This document shows, piece by piece, positions 50,955-63,273 of a DNA stretch of 64,000 nucleotides. The notes beneath the pieces are model-generated. The model was not told the DNA's origin. It did no database searches and worked only from the letters and a program-made list of their open reading frames with translations. Made by a program: the position numbers and the translations under genes. Within the stretch, counting starts at the first letter, position 1; every line of letters begins with the position of its first letter. The DNA is from Malacoraja senta. Taxonomy: Eukaryota. Location: NCBI GenBank assembly GCA_038087875.1, contig JAXLNO010000357.1, forward strand, positions 1 through 64,000, read 5' to 3'.

Positions 50955-51280
50955 TAGCAAGTTTGCTGATGGTACAGAAGTGAGTGGTTTTGCATATAGT
51001 GACGATGGTTGTGAAAGATTGCAGTTGGATCTGGATCAATTAGCCAGGTGGGCAGAGGAATGGTTGATGGTTGCATGGTTCTTTGAAGGTCGTGTCGCAG
51101 GTACATCAGGTGGTCAAAAAGTATTTTGGCACTTTGGCCTCCATCAGTCAGAGTATTGAGTATTGAAGTTGGGAGGTCATGTTGCAGTTGTATAAGACGT
51201 TGGTGAGACCGCATTTAGAATATTGTGTTCAGTTCTGGGCACCATGTTATAGGAAAGATGTCAAACTGAAAAGAGTACAG
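50955..51280 (+). mobile_element. CR1 internal fragment
   Basis: SKFAD...; [19 protein letters not shown]. Confidence 0.88.
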
Positions 51281-52368
51281 AGATCCCCATCCTGGATCAG
51301 TCCAATCAGGGTTGTGTCGTCCGCAAACTTGAGAAGCTTGACAGAGGTGTCTGTGGAGGTGCAGTCATTGGTGTAGAGAGAGTAGAGGAGAGGGGAGAGT
51401 ACGCATCTTGCGGTGCTCCTATGCTGAGCGTTTGCAGGTCCGAGATATGCTTTCCCGTCTCCACATGTTGCTTCCTGTCTGTCAGAAAGCTGGTGATCTG
51501 CCAACAGAGGGGTTCAGGCACAGTCAGCTCAGAAAGTTTGGAGCGTAGTAGCTCTGGCACAATGGTGTTGAATGCAGAGCTAAAATCAACAAACAAAATC
51601 CTCGCATAGGTCCCCTGGCAGTCTAGGTGCTGGAGGATGAAGCGTAGGCCCAGATTGACTGCATCATCCACAGATCTATTGGCCCAATATGCAAAATGCA
51701 GAGGGTCCAGCAGAGGGATTGTGATATTTTTCAGCTTGGCCAGCACAAGCCTTTCAACGGTCTTCATGACTACAGAGGTCAGTGCGACAAGCCTGTAGTC
51801 ATTAAGACCAGTAATCCTTACCTTTTTGGATACAGGGACAATAGTGGAGACTTTGAAGCAGGCAGGGACAGTACATCTTTGCAGGGACTGGTTAAAAATG
51901 AAAAATTGGGTGTGAAGTGTTGGTTGGGTTGGGTATACGTCTGAAGAAGTGTTTCGGCCCGAAACGTTACCTATTTCCTTCGCTCCATAGATGCTGCTGC
52001 ACCCACTGAGTTTCTCCAGCATTTTTGTGTACCTTCCACTCTTTTCATACTGGAGTCTTGCCTTAAGTAGGTGTGAAGTGGTGAATGGGAAGGAGAGGGT
52101 GCAGGGTCCATTCTTTGCAGACTGGGGTCTGGCTGTGTTTGTTGTGGAGGGGATACCAGGGTTACGTTTCTGATTTTCAAACCTGCAGTAAAACTCATTC
52201 AGGTTGTTCGTCAGCTGACGATTGTCCAAAGAGCGGGGGGCTTTCCTCTTATAACTGGTGATTTCTTGCATGCCCTTCCAAACTGAAGAAGAGTCACTAG
52301 CTGAGAACTTGCTCCTCAACTTCTCAGAGTACCTTTCCTTGGCAGCTCTGATTCCTCTTCTCAGCTCT
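51281..52368 (-). mobile_element. Rex1/Babar RT fragment
   Basis: [30 protein letters not shown], frameshifted LLKFADD; internal Penelope-derived insert. Confidence 0.92.
51937..52036 (+). mobile_element. Hammerhead-bearing mini-insertion inside Rex1
   Basis: CTGAAGAagtgtttcggcccGAAACGTT at 51941-51968. Confidence 0.85.
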
Positions 52369-52489
52369 TTATCGATTAGGTTATCTTTTAACTCTTTAAC
52401 GATTAGGCTATCGGCTTGGCGCATATTTTCCCCCACCCCCCCCTCGATCTCGAAATGGAAATGTTACATCTGTATATAATGATCCCATT

Positions 52490-54604
52490 AGAATAATAAT
52501 CCCAGGAATATAAAGAAGGACAGTAAAAGCTTCTTTAGATATGTTAAGGGAAAAAGAGTAGCAAAGTCAAATGTGGGTCTCTTGAAGGCAGACACGGGTG
52601 AAATTATTATGGGCAACAAGGAAATGGCAGAAGAGTTGAATAGGTACTTCGGATCTGTCTTCACTAAGGAAGACACAAACAATCTCCCAGATGTACTGGA
52701 GTGCAGAGGATCTAAGGGGGGTAGAGGAACTGAAAGAAATTTTCATTAGGCGAGAAATAGTATTGGGTAGGCTAATGGGACTGAAGGATGATAAATCCCT
52801 TGTGCCTGATGGTCTGCATCCCAGAATCCTCAGGAGGTGGCTCTAGAAATAGTGGACGCATTGGTGATCATTTTCCAATGTTCAATAGATTCAGGATCAG
52901 TTCCTGTGGATTGGAGGATAGCTAATGTTATCCCACTTTTCAAGAAAGGAGCGAGAGAGAAAACGGGGAATTACAGACCAGTTAGCCTGACTTCGGTGGT
53001 GGGAAAGTGTAGATGATATATGCATGTGCCTTTAATATAGTGACCTCATCACTACTAACCACTCCCCATATCACAAGTATAACTACAACCACCCCACCCA
53101 CAGATCGCTCTCTAGTTCCTGTGACAGACCACGTACAGCTAGTGCAATATGTAATGCTCCAGTATGAATAAAGATAGTAAAGTAACGATGTGTCGTTAGA
53201 ACGTCTTTACAGAAAGATGCTGGAGTCAATTATTAAAGAGGTAATAATGGGGCATTTGGATAGCGGTAAAAGGATTAGTCCAAGTCAACATGGATTTATG
53301 AAAGGGAAATCATGCTTGACTAATCTCCTGGAATTTTTTGAGGATGTGACAAGTAAAATGGATGAAGGGGTGCCAGTGGATGTAGTGTATCTAGACTTTC
53401 AGAAAGCCTTTGATAAGGTCCCGCACGGGAGACTGGTGACTAAAATTAGAGCACATGGTATTGGGGGTAGGGTGTTGTCAAGGATAGAAAATTGGTTGGC
53501 AGACCAGAAGCAAAGAATAGGAGTGAACGGGTCCTTTTCAGAATGGCAGGCAGTGGCAAGTGGAGTGCCGCAAGGCTCGATGTTGGGGCCGCAACTGTTT
53601 ACCATATATATTAATGATTTAGAAGAGGGAATTAGGAGCAACACTAGCAAGTTTGCGGATGACACAAAGCTGGGTGGCAGTGTGAGCTGTGAAGAGGATG
53701 TTAGGAGGTTGCAGAGTGAGGTTGCAGAGTGACCTGGACAGGTTGAGTGAGTGGGCAGATGTGTGGCAGATGCAGTATAATATAGATAAATGTGACATTA
53801 TCCACTTTGACGGCAAAAGCAAGGGGGCAGATTATTATCTCAATGGGGTTAGGTTAGGTAAGGGGGAGGTACAGCGAGACCTGGGTGTCCTTGTACACCG
53901 GTCACTGAAAGTTGGCGTGCAGGTACAGCAGGCAGTGAAGAAAGCTAATGGAATGTTGGCCTTCATAACAAGAGGATTTCAGTATAGGAGTAAAGAGGTT
54001 CTTCTGCAGTTGTATAGGGCTCTGGTGAGACCACATCTGGAGTATTGTGTACAGTTTTGGTCTCCTAATTTGAGGAAGGACATCCTTGTGATTGAGGCAG
54101 TGCAGCGTAGGTTCACAAGATTGATCCCTGGGATGGCGGGACTGTCATAAGAGGAAAGATTGAAAAGACTAGGCTTGTATTCACTGGAGTTTAGAAGGAT
54201 GAAGGGGAGATCTTATAGAAACATGTAAAATTATAAAAGGACTGGACAAGCTAGATGCAGGAAAAATGTTCCCAATATTGGGTGTCCAGAACCAGGGGCC
54301 ACAGTCGTAGAATAAAGGGGAGGTCATTTAAGACTGAGGTGAGAAAAAACGTTTTCACCCAGAGAGTTGTGAATTTATGGAATTCCCTGCCACAGAGGGC
54401 AGTGGAGGCCAAATCACTGGATGGATTTAAGAAAGAGTTAGATAGAGCTCTAGGGGCTAGTGGAGTCAAGGGATATGGGGAGAAGGCAGGCACGGGTTAT
54501 TGATAGGGGACGATCAGCCATGATCGCAATGAATGGCGGTGCTGGCTCGAAGGGCTGAATGGCATCCTCCTGCACCTATTTTCTATGTTTCTATGTTTCT
54601 ATGT
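52490..54604 (+). mobile_element. CR1 LINE, about 2.1 kb ORF2 3' part, disrupted
   Basis: QHGFMKGKSCLTNL, YLDFQKAFDKV, SGVPQGS, SKFADD; 13 bp duplication frameshift 53705-53730; stop at 54148-54150; (ttctatgt)n tail. Confidence 0.96.
53008..53211 (+). mobile_element. Solo LTR, 204 bp
   Basis: TGTA...TACA ends; exact 5 bp TSD gaaag; AATAAA 53167-53172; removal restores CR1 LTSVVGK-MLESII. Confidence 0.9.
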
Positions 54605-54739
54605 ATATTTATGTCACAAACTATGGAATTCATATTTTTCAGTATTGTTATCAAGGAAAAGAAAGCAGTTCCAATTGTTTGATATTATTTGATATTGTTT
54701 AAAATTATTCATATGGAGGAGAAAATATAATAGCTCTAA

Positions 54740-55672
54740 AACCTACCTTATTTTGCAATCTCACTAAAGATAATCCCCCTTTCCCTCTTCCCTCCCCATC
54801 TCTCTCTCTCCCCTCCCTTCCCCTCTCTCTCTCCCCCTCCCACATCCCCCCCCCTCTTTCTGGCGGGGGTGGGGACGAAGATGAAGGTGGCGTGGGCCCA
54901 GCGGGGGTGGCATGGGCCCAGCGGGGGTGGCATGGGCCCAGCGGGGGTCAGCGGGGGTGGCGTGGGCCCAGTGGGGGTGGCATGGGCCAGCGGGGGTGGC
55001 GTGGGCCCAGCGGGGGTGGCGTGGGGGGAAGATGACTTGGGCCCCGGCGGCGGGGGATGCGAGGGGAGCGGGCTCTGCCGCGGCGACATTTGGTGTTGGT
55101 GTTGGCGACGGGAGAACGGTCTCCTGGTCGCCTGGCTGGCCGTTGGCGAGGCTCCGACGCCGCGGATGGAGACGCTGGACCGGGCGGGCAGACACCGCAC
55201 CCCGCACCCCTCCCCCCCCCCCGGGCCCGAAGTAATGGGCACTCCCTTATCCCGTGGGCCAGATTAGACCCCCTCATAGGTAGTTTGAACCGAGGATAAA
55301 AAACAGACTCCCCCTCCTGCAACGCAATATTCCACTACTTACCTGGAGTAGACGACACGAGGCATCGAGCTCAATGTGTGGAGTGCAAATGGCAGTCTGA
55401 TACCGCCCGGGCCCACTGCGCACTCGCGGAGAGACGGCATCATTTTGCGTCGCTTCCCCAACTGCACAGGCGCGGATGGTCGCATTTTTTTCTCCCAAAT
55501 CATCCAGCGGCTGGAACCAGAATTTCGGGTGCTTTTACGACAAAATTGGAAACGCTGATTTTTTTTCCAATTTTTTTTTCCAATTTTTTTTTCTCGGGAT
55601 TTTTTCATACTCTGGGGGGAAAAGGGGGGTGTGGTCGCACCCAACGCACCCCCCCCCCTTCGGACGGCCATG
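54740..55672. mobile_element. CpG-rich right end of a TIR DNA transposon
   Basis: Ends gtcgcacccaacgcacccccc...cttcggacggccatg; left boundary uncertain. Confidence 0.55.
54885..55025. repeat. 20 bp GC-rich minisatellite, about 6.5 copies
   Basis: Unit ggtggcRtgggcccagcggg. Confidence 0.92.
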
Positions 55673-56626
55673 CATTCAGAAGCTGATGTGCTGTGAACAG
55701 AGCTTCACACATGGTTGCTTGAATCCAATGTGAACTGTAAGCAAGCGGATAGGAGGAACAATTGAGAATTTCATTGCAAAGAAATATATTTAAGCTACAA
55801 TTTGTATGTACTTGAGTCATGCATATTAGAGCCGAATCAGTCAACTGCTGATGATTTTAGAATGACCATCATTGGTCCTGAACTTGTTTTTCTTTTGTTA
55901 ACATCACATATTTAAAACCAGCCATCTGCATTCATACCAATAATTGCATTTGGCAGGAGAATTTACTCCATACAAGTAGGATCTCCAGATAAAATTAAAA
56001 ATCTTTTCGTGTGGGCTGAATATCGCGAGGTGCCAAGGATGCAATTTAATTTCAGAGTTGATCTTAACTGCGCCTGAACTCACATCATCATAGTTAGATC
56101 AACTCCACAATATCCATAAGCCAGCATTTAAGGAGGAGTGACAGATTATTGCTTTAAGCTTGATTTAGTAGAGCAACCCATGGCATTTGTCAAGTGAAAA
56201 AATTTACAACAATAAAATGTTCTGTCATTCCAATAAACTACTTTGATGAGCCAAATGTTGATAAAAATGACTTTGGTGCAGATTTATGGCATTTTCACAA
56301 AAACTTTTACGAGCTCTAGTGAATTTGCATTGTAAAATAAAGCTAGAACAAAAGTCATATTCTGCATTCAACTTTAATGATTGTTGAACTTCAAAATGTC
56401 ATGTGTTTCTATATGGAAGCATAACAATGAGATTCTTGTTTGAGAGGCTTTCAATTCAATTGTACAGAGCCAAATCATTAACCTTGCTATCTTATTCAAA
56501 TGACTGACATAGGATATAAATGCAATATTCCCACTGTTGGTTTAACCTGCCACACAGATGAAATTCAGGGAATTTCCTTTTTGCTTGTGATGTCTACTCA
56601 CCGTGCAAGTACCATTAGGTGAGTTA

Positions 56627-56937
56627 AAGCCCTGTCCCACGGTACGAGTTCATTCCAAGAGCTCTCCCGAGATTCGAACTCGGAGATTTACGGTAATGGC
56701 CATTCGTCGGTACTCGGGGCTCTCGTGGACATTTTTCAACATGTTGAAAAATCTTCACAAGTCTTGCCGTGCTTACCTGCCGTTAGCGAGTCTTCCCGAT
56801 TACCTGCCGTTAGTGCTAAGAGACGTCCCCGAGCTCCGACGTACCCACTACGTTCATTCTCCGTGCTTACCACAAATTTGATTTTTTTTAAACTCGGGAG
56901 AGCTCTTGGAATGAACTCGTACCATGGGACAGGGCTT
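56627..56937. mobile_element. Harbinger-type MITE
   Basis: About 45 bp TIRs aagccctgtcccacggtacgagttcattccaagagctctcccgag; TTA TSD 56624-56626 and 56938-56940. Confidence 0.92.
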
Positions 56938-57154
56938 TTAGAGTAAAGGACACAAAGTGCCGGAATAACTCAGTAGAACAGGCAGCATCTCTAGTGAAAA
57001 TGGATAGGGTGAATTACAGTCTCAATCTTTGTATTTGAATCAACAAATTAAAATTATGTTATACTAATCCAATTTTAAAAGTTATTAAGATAAATCTGTT
57101 GCATGCAATCTCTTAAGATGTAATGACTTTTAAAAATGAGTAAAGCTAGAAAGA

Positions 57155-57610
57155 GAAATAAGAATGTAAGAAATAGAACCAGGACCAGGCCATTTGGTCA
57201 CGTGCTCCCCCCACCATTCAGTAAGATCATGGATGAACATTCACCTCAACACCACATTCCTGTACTAACCCCATATTCCTTAATATTGTAGTCAATCAGT
57301 TTCTGTCTTGAATCCACTCAGTAACTGGGCCTGCAGAGCACTCACAGATAGATAGATTCATTACTCTTCATCTATATTGACTGCCTGGCCCTTTATCGTG
57401 AGACTGAAATCCGTGATTCCAGACCCCATGCCCCAGCAGGGGATTCTTCATGCCAGTATTTTCCCAATCGTTTCGGAATTTGCCCCATTTCAATGACAGT
57501 GTCTCACATTCTCCTGAAGTCTATAGGTCCAGTCTGCTTAATCCCACCACTCGTGACAAACCCACCAGCCCAGGAATCAATGTATTTGGCCACATTGTGC
57601 CTTTGGCCAT
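57155..57610 (-). mobile_element. Old CR1 3' fragment
   Basis: taagaatgtaagaaatag tail, ggccatt...ccaccattcagtaagatcatgg. Confidence 0.65.
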
Positions 57611-58094
57611 TAGTGGATCAGCTCACAGAATTCTGTGGATGCCACCCAACATTATGAAGTCAAAGGTGAGCTGGACATCTCTAATTCCATATCTGGCCTC
57701 TGGACAAATTATTGAGACCAAGAACAGAGCACTGACATGCTGTGATAGCATTGGCGGTGACTTTCTCATATGTTCAGCGTTCAGTAATAGTTTCACCTTG
57801 TCTGATTACTTCATTAGAAACAAGAGTGAGAAAGTACAATGTGAGATAAGTGATTGCAGTTCATTAGTGTGGGCAAAACAACTAGCTTACACAACACTAG
57901 TTTGGAGTGTAGCTTGTAACTGATCAGAACAAAATGGGAGAGATGTAGGAGAACTATCTTACCGCACAAGCTGTCTATGAATTTATTTCTAGTACATTTT
58001 TGTGCTGAAGAGTTAAAGGCTCCGCTCTAAAAAAAGGTTTGCTGCAACACGGTAGGAGGCATGAGTTAATGAGAGCAGTGCTCAGAGAACCTGT

Positions 58095-59056
58095 TATTAT
58101 TTATGTATTTGTTCCGAACAAGTAAAGACATAAATAGGAATAAATAACAACAACAAAATTGAAATAGTCAAACATTGGACATTCCAGGCAATATTTGCAA
58201 AGCAATGAAAAGCATAATGCAAAATTTAAATGTCCAACACTTTTTCTTTACAAGCTCGAAAAGGAGTGAGAAGAAGAATAACTTATTTAATCTCACCCCT
58301 TCTCCCTAAACCCTTCTTCCATATTTAATAATTAATTAATTAATAATAATAATACCCCAGACAATTTATAGAGATACATTAAGACATATATATATACATA
58401 CAACTGAGATACACATACAAGTAATATGTATGAAGTAACCAAAAGACATAAATAAATAATAAATAAAATAATATATAAGCATTAACCCCTGTTTGTCAAC
58501 CATCCCCTTCATCCCTGTACCTTGTGAAAAAACGTTTTTTGTATGTCATTTTGAACTGGTTCATGTTTGGACATTGCTTTAATTCCACATTCAAACTGTT
58601 CCACAATCCTACTCCACAGACCGAAATACAAAAAGTTTTTCTGGTCGTGCGGACTCTTTGTACCTTAAAATTAAATATTCTTCTTAAATTATAACCCCCC
58701 ACTCGCACATTAAATAATTTTTGTATATTTCCAGGTAAGTTTTTATTTTTGGCCCTAAACATTATCTGTGCTGTTTTAAATGCAACCAAATCTTCTAATT
58801 TTAATAATTTTGACTGTAAGAATAATGGATTAGTGTGACCCAGATACCTGACATTGTGAATAATACGTATTGCTCTTTTTTGCAGAATAGTTAATGAATG
58901 TAGCGAACGTTTATAGTTATTGCCCCAGACTTCTGCACAGTAATTTAAATAGGGTAAGATTAGTGAACAGTAGAGAATGCGGAGTGATTTGTGATCCAGA
59001 ACCTGCTTAACTTTGTGTAATACCGAAATGCTTTTTGACAGTTTGGATTGTACATT
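58095..59056 (-). mobile_element. Young 5'-truncated CR1-group LINE (Crack/L2-like), intact ORF2 C-terminus
   Basis: Stop-free frame 59056-58496: LYCSLILPYLNYCAEVWG...LQKRAIRII...HTNPLF...GVGLWNSL; about 400 bp AT-rich 3' UTR. Confidence 0.85.
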
Positions 59057-59662
59057 ATTAAACAGCTGTGTTGGTTTTTGTAGACCGCCTTGGTTGGATA
59101 ATCCTTCTTATTCAATTGAGTTCTTCAGGTGAAACAAAATATTTCAGAAGATGTTCTGTTTCCCATTAAATAACATAACTGATTTTATGTTTGCCATGGC
59201 ATGCTGAGAAAGTGGAAGCAGTTTCCATGTTTATATTTTGGAAGGTGCAGTGACATGCTGTGTCTAAACACCAGCACTAAGTAAAGTTGTGTACATGATG
59301 GTTGAAGAAAAGCCACCTGCTGAAATTTGTGTATAAAGACCCTTTGATTAACAGATTCATCCTGACAGCAGTCTGAGCCCGCCTGCTTCCTTTATAGTGC
59401 ATTTCTTGTTCCCCAAGTTCAGCTGTTATGCATTGTGTGTTTAAGGAGGCATGGGAGCACATAACCATGCTGTGAATGTGATGAGAGGGGTTAAAACCAA
59501 TATAAATCAATTCAAAATGAACAAACTGAAAGAAGGAACGTGACTAAAATGGTAGTCTTAGTGCTCGAGTCCTCTCCCAGGCTAGCTCCTCTACAACGAG
59601 GACCCTGATGCATGTAGTTGACTCTGTTAGGCAGCTCCCATCATTTCCATGCCCAACTTACC

Positions 59663-59887
59663 TGTAGTGTATTTAGGTGCTTGGAACTGACTCAAAAGAA
59701 CTCTCAGATACAGGAGTAAACGGACAAGCTTCTTTATTCTAGGACGCCACCTTGAGTCTCCCCCAGCACATGCGTCCCCTCGCACAAGACATAACATATG
59801 CTAATTATATTACATACATCACACTGCTCCCCCTTTAACTTGGAGACAGGTAGCACCATTTACATGATATACATTACATTACCGAAT
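59663..59887 (-). mobile_element. LTR retrotransposon 3' LTR (161 bp) with polypurine tract
   Basis: Minus strand ttaaagggggagcag PPT (59838-59824), then TGTGATGTAT...ATACACTACA (59823-59663) with AATAAA. Confidence 0.8.
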
Positions 59888-60255
59888 AGTGAAAGGCTTG
59901 GATAGAGTGGATGCAGGGAGGATGTTTCCACTAGTGGGAGAGTTTAAGTCCAGAGGTCATAGCCTCAGAAATAAAGAATGTTCCCTTAAGAAGGAGATGA
60001 GGAGGAGTTTCTTTAGTCAGAGGGTGACAAATCTGTGGAATTCTTTGCCACAGAAGGCTGTTGAGGTCAGGTCAGTGGATATTCTTGAGGCAGAGATAGA
60101 TAGATTCTTGATTAGTACAGGTGTCAGGGGTTATGGAGGAAAAGCAGGAGAATGGGGTTAGGAGGGAATGACAGATCAGCCATGATAGCATGGTGGAGTG
60201 GACTTGAAGGGCTGAATGGCCTAATTCTGTTCCTATCAGTTACGACCTTATGAAC
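59888..60255 (+). mobile_element. CR1 3' end
   Basis: KGLDRVDAGRMFPL...QRVTNLWNSLPQ. Confidence 0.92.
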
Positions 60256-60289
60256 ATTCGACTTTCTAAGGTAGACACTGTTTTGCGTT

Positions 60290-60560
60290 CTAAGGGAAGA
60301 GATTACCAAATGCAACATCCCCATTGATTCTTGGGTATTGCTGGCCCACAGCACTCAAATTGGAGGAAGTGTCTTTGGGATGATGTTGAGAATGTTGGGT
60401 CTATGGATCAAGAGCACATAGAAGCTCAGCATAAACAATGGAAGGAATGCATCATCTCCAATCTACCAAACTCGCTCTCTCTCTCTCAGGCACCTCTTGC
60501 CCCATCTGCTCAAGAGTCCGCTACTCCCACATTTGATTCATCAGACACTCCATCAGACTG
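60290..60560 (+). mobile_element. Old RTE-like LINE C-terminal remnant
   Basis: KCNIPIDSW...SNWRK...HIEAQHKQWKE resembles RTE ORF ends. Confidence 0.45.
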
Positions 60561-61829
60561 CCCAAGCAGTAGTGATCTCCACCAAAAATCAAGTTTAAAT
60601 ACTCTTAATGTAAAGAAATATTAATAATCATAATTATTGTTCAAACATAAACCTAGCAATTCCAACATAATAGTGTCTTTAATTTGCCATGATTAGTAAG
60701 TCAATGTATCTAATTAAAAGCTGGCATGAATTAGCAAAATTAACTCTGCCCAATATGTTTTCTATTTCATGTTATTCAGCATAAATAACCACACCCCATA
60801 AAGTAAAGATCAACTCTGGTCACAGGCTGAATGTGATGCTGAAAGAAAGGCAGAAAACACAGTCCAGTAACAGCTGTTATTCCCACTGTACGTTATTCTC
60901 CAGAGTCATCTCTCCATTCATCAAGATGCTTCCTTACATCAACAACAACTTCAGGAAGAAAAGTAAGCTTGAAAATGATATCGTAAATTGTTAGGCAACT
61001 GGCTACATTTCAGCAAACAACATAAAATTGTCAAGTTTTTAAAAAAAATCAATGACACAAAATGACTTCTTAAAATAAAAAAAGTGTTAAAAGAGCAAAC
61101 AGATCAGTTAGATGGTTAAAATTAATTGGGGGAAAAATCTAACTTGGCCAAAATCGTTGATTAATCTGAAGTTCATGCTTACTTTTATTATCATCAATCT
61201 CAAAGTGCAGTAGCTGGTGGATAATGTTAACACATGTTTAAAGATGTATAAATTACTTGCTGTTGTCAGTATCTGGGTTCAGCTCCACAGTACAAAGTGG
61301 AAATTGGCATTTTACACGAGTAGAGTTGAGTTGAGTTTGTCACGTGTACTGAGATACAGTGAAAAGCTTTAGTTGTGTGCCAACCAGTCAGTGGAAAGAC
61401 AATACAATCACCAGGTGAATTTAATAGGTCTGATAGCATTTTCAATTGATAATGCTAAAATGCGTTTGTAAGTCAAAGGGGTTTATTGGGATAGACATAT
61501 CACCTCTGACACCAGAGCTTCTGTCAGATTTACATGCAGTCCAGTCTGTGTCTCACTTAAACTGCTGAGCACATCTTCGACTCTGCCATCTGTGTTCTGC
61601 ATTGCACTGGTGGACTCTCCATGCAGTCCAATGGGACAGTACTGACATCCACAGACTTCCTTGATCTCAGGCTGGAACATTTGTCAGCTGGACCATTGCC
61701 AGGTTTAATCTGGCATAGGTGTAGTATCCCAATCAGCAAGAAGAAACCAGGAGAATGGTAATTCAGATAGCTGAAATATGTTTAGTTGTTTTAAGTGCTA
61801 GTATACTTTTGACTATTTAAAATAAGATC

Positions 61830-62012
61830 TGCACAATGGTGCAGATGGTAGAGCTGCTGCCTCACAACTCCAGAGACCTAAATTCGATCCTGACCTCAGT
61901 TGCTGTCTGTGTGGAGTTTGCACATGCTCCCTGTGAATCTGTGGGTTTCGTCCAGGTGTTCCAGTTTCCTCCCTCAACCCAAGACCTGCGGGTTTGTAGG
62001 TTAATTGTCCCT
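61830..62012 (+). mobile_element. V-SINE 5' part
   Basis: ggtagagctgctgcctcac...ttcgatcc...gtttgtaggttaattg. Confidence 0.85.
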
Positions 62013-62089
62013 GGCAAGCAGCAGCCGGCCTGGCTCACATGCCGTGGAGAGAGGACAGAGGACCTGGTTTGTTCGAGCCACCGACATTG

Positions 62090-62635
62090 ACAGGACCTAC
62101 GCCATAGAGAGCAAGTAGGGACCCGTGAGCAAATGCCAAGAGCATGAGGGGACTGTCATGGGCGAGGTGGACCTTCGAGTGAGAGGTGGACCGTGACCTT
62201 TCCGAGTTGGAAAGGTGAAAGGAAGGGCTGGGGGGGGGGGGGGAAGAGAAATAAAGTAAGGGGGGTGTTTCTTGGGGGAGAAAGGGGAAGGGGAAGGAGG
62301 CTGTTGTGGGTTACGATTGGGTTGTGAGGCACCCAAGCGCAATAGGTGGTGTTGTTTCTCCAGTTTGCATGTGGCCTCACTCTGGCAATGGAGGAGGCCA
62401 ATGATAAAGAGGGCAGCGTGGGAATGGGAAGGGGAGTTAAAATGGTAAGCAACTGCCGAGGGAGAGGGTGGGAAGAGCGAACCAAGGAGTTGTGGAGGGA
62501 GCAGTCTTTGCGGAAGGCGGAAAGGGATGGAGAAAGATAGGACTAGTGGTGAGATTAGACTGGAGGTGACAGAAATGTCAGACGATGATATGTTGGATGT
62601 GGAGACCGGTGAGGACTAGGTGAACTCTATCCTTG
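62090..62635 (-). mobile_element. Penelope-like GIY-YIG region, degraded
   Basis: Minus strand VAYHFNSPSHSH...GLLHCQSEATCKLEKQH. Confidence 0.75.
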
Positions 62636-63156
62636 TTGCGCCCGAGTTATTATTTTGTTAAATATTGGTTGTCAGCGTGAGCTGTCAGTTGCAGAGTGAG
62701 TGTACATAGATGGCCTCAGCAAAAATGTATCCACAAGTACCTCCAATGGCATGGAATTCTCCTTTGCCCTCATTGATTGCTATCAGTCTGACAAGGGATC
62801 GCTGGTAACAGCATCAAGCTCACTGTGCAGCCATCCCCTTTAAAGTATTCGCAGAGAATAATCCAGGCAAGATAAAGCATTTTAAATACTTTATGGAGCA
62901 GTAAATAATTATTTTACGGAGCACTGAATAAATATCAACTTCGATATTATTTATAATTGTACTCATTAAAAAAAAATCAAAACCAATTTTGAAACATCCA
63001 TATTGAGGAATTATGGTCACTAATATATAATTAGTATTTTGGGTATGAAGAATTGTTTCGTCATATTTAGATTAGTGCATGACTAAAAAATTCAATTGGC
63101 CTCAGTCATTAGAAATGTAAATCCTTTGTATGGTTGACAATCTAAAACTTTTACTT

Positions 63157-63273
63157 TGAGTCTGAAGAAGGGTTTCGGCCCGAAACGTTGCCTATTTCCT
63201 TCGCTCCATGCACCCGCTGAGTTTCTCCAGCATTTTTGTGTACCTTCGATTTTCCAGCATCTGCAGTTCCTTC
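63157..63273 (+). mobile_element. 117 bp Penelope-derived mini-element
   Basis: 16 bp TSD tctaaaacttttactt / tctaaaatttttactt (63141-63156, 63274-63289). Confidence 0.9.
63162..63189 (+). ncRNA. Minimal type I hammerhead ribozyme core
   Basis: CTGAAGA-a, stem II gggt-ttcg-gccc, GAAA, palindromic AACGTT stem III ending in a GUU triplet; helix I weak. Confidence 0.7.

Noticed and set aside
51306..52436. 376 aa ORF as a functional RT gene
   Set aside because: Starts in non-LINE DNA, reads through a Penelope-derived insert, lacks the usual GPD segment and frameshifts before FADD
55336..55346. U1 snRNA 5' end (tacttacctgg)
   Set aside because: Downstream sequence does not continue as U1; better read as a minus-strand splice donor
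57450..57923. 157 aa ORF
   Set aside because: First part is antisense to an old CR1; no recognisable domain
61483..61739. Possible coding exon
   Set aside because: No convincing splice-site pair or recognisable peptide
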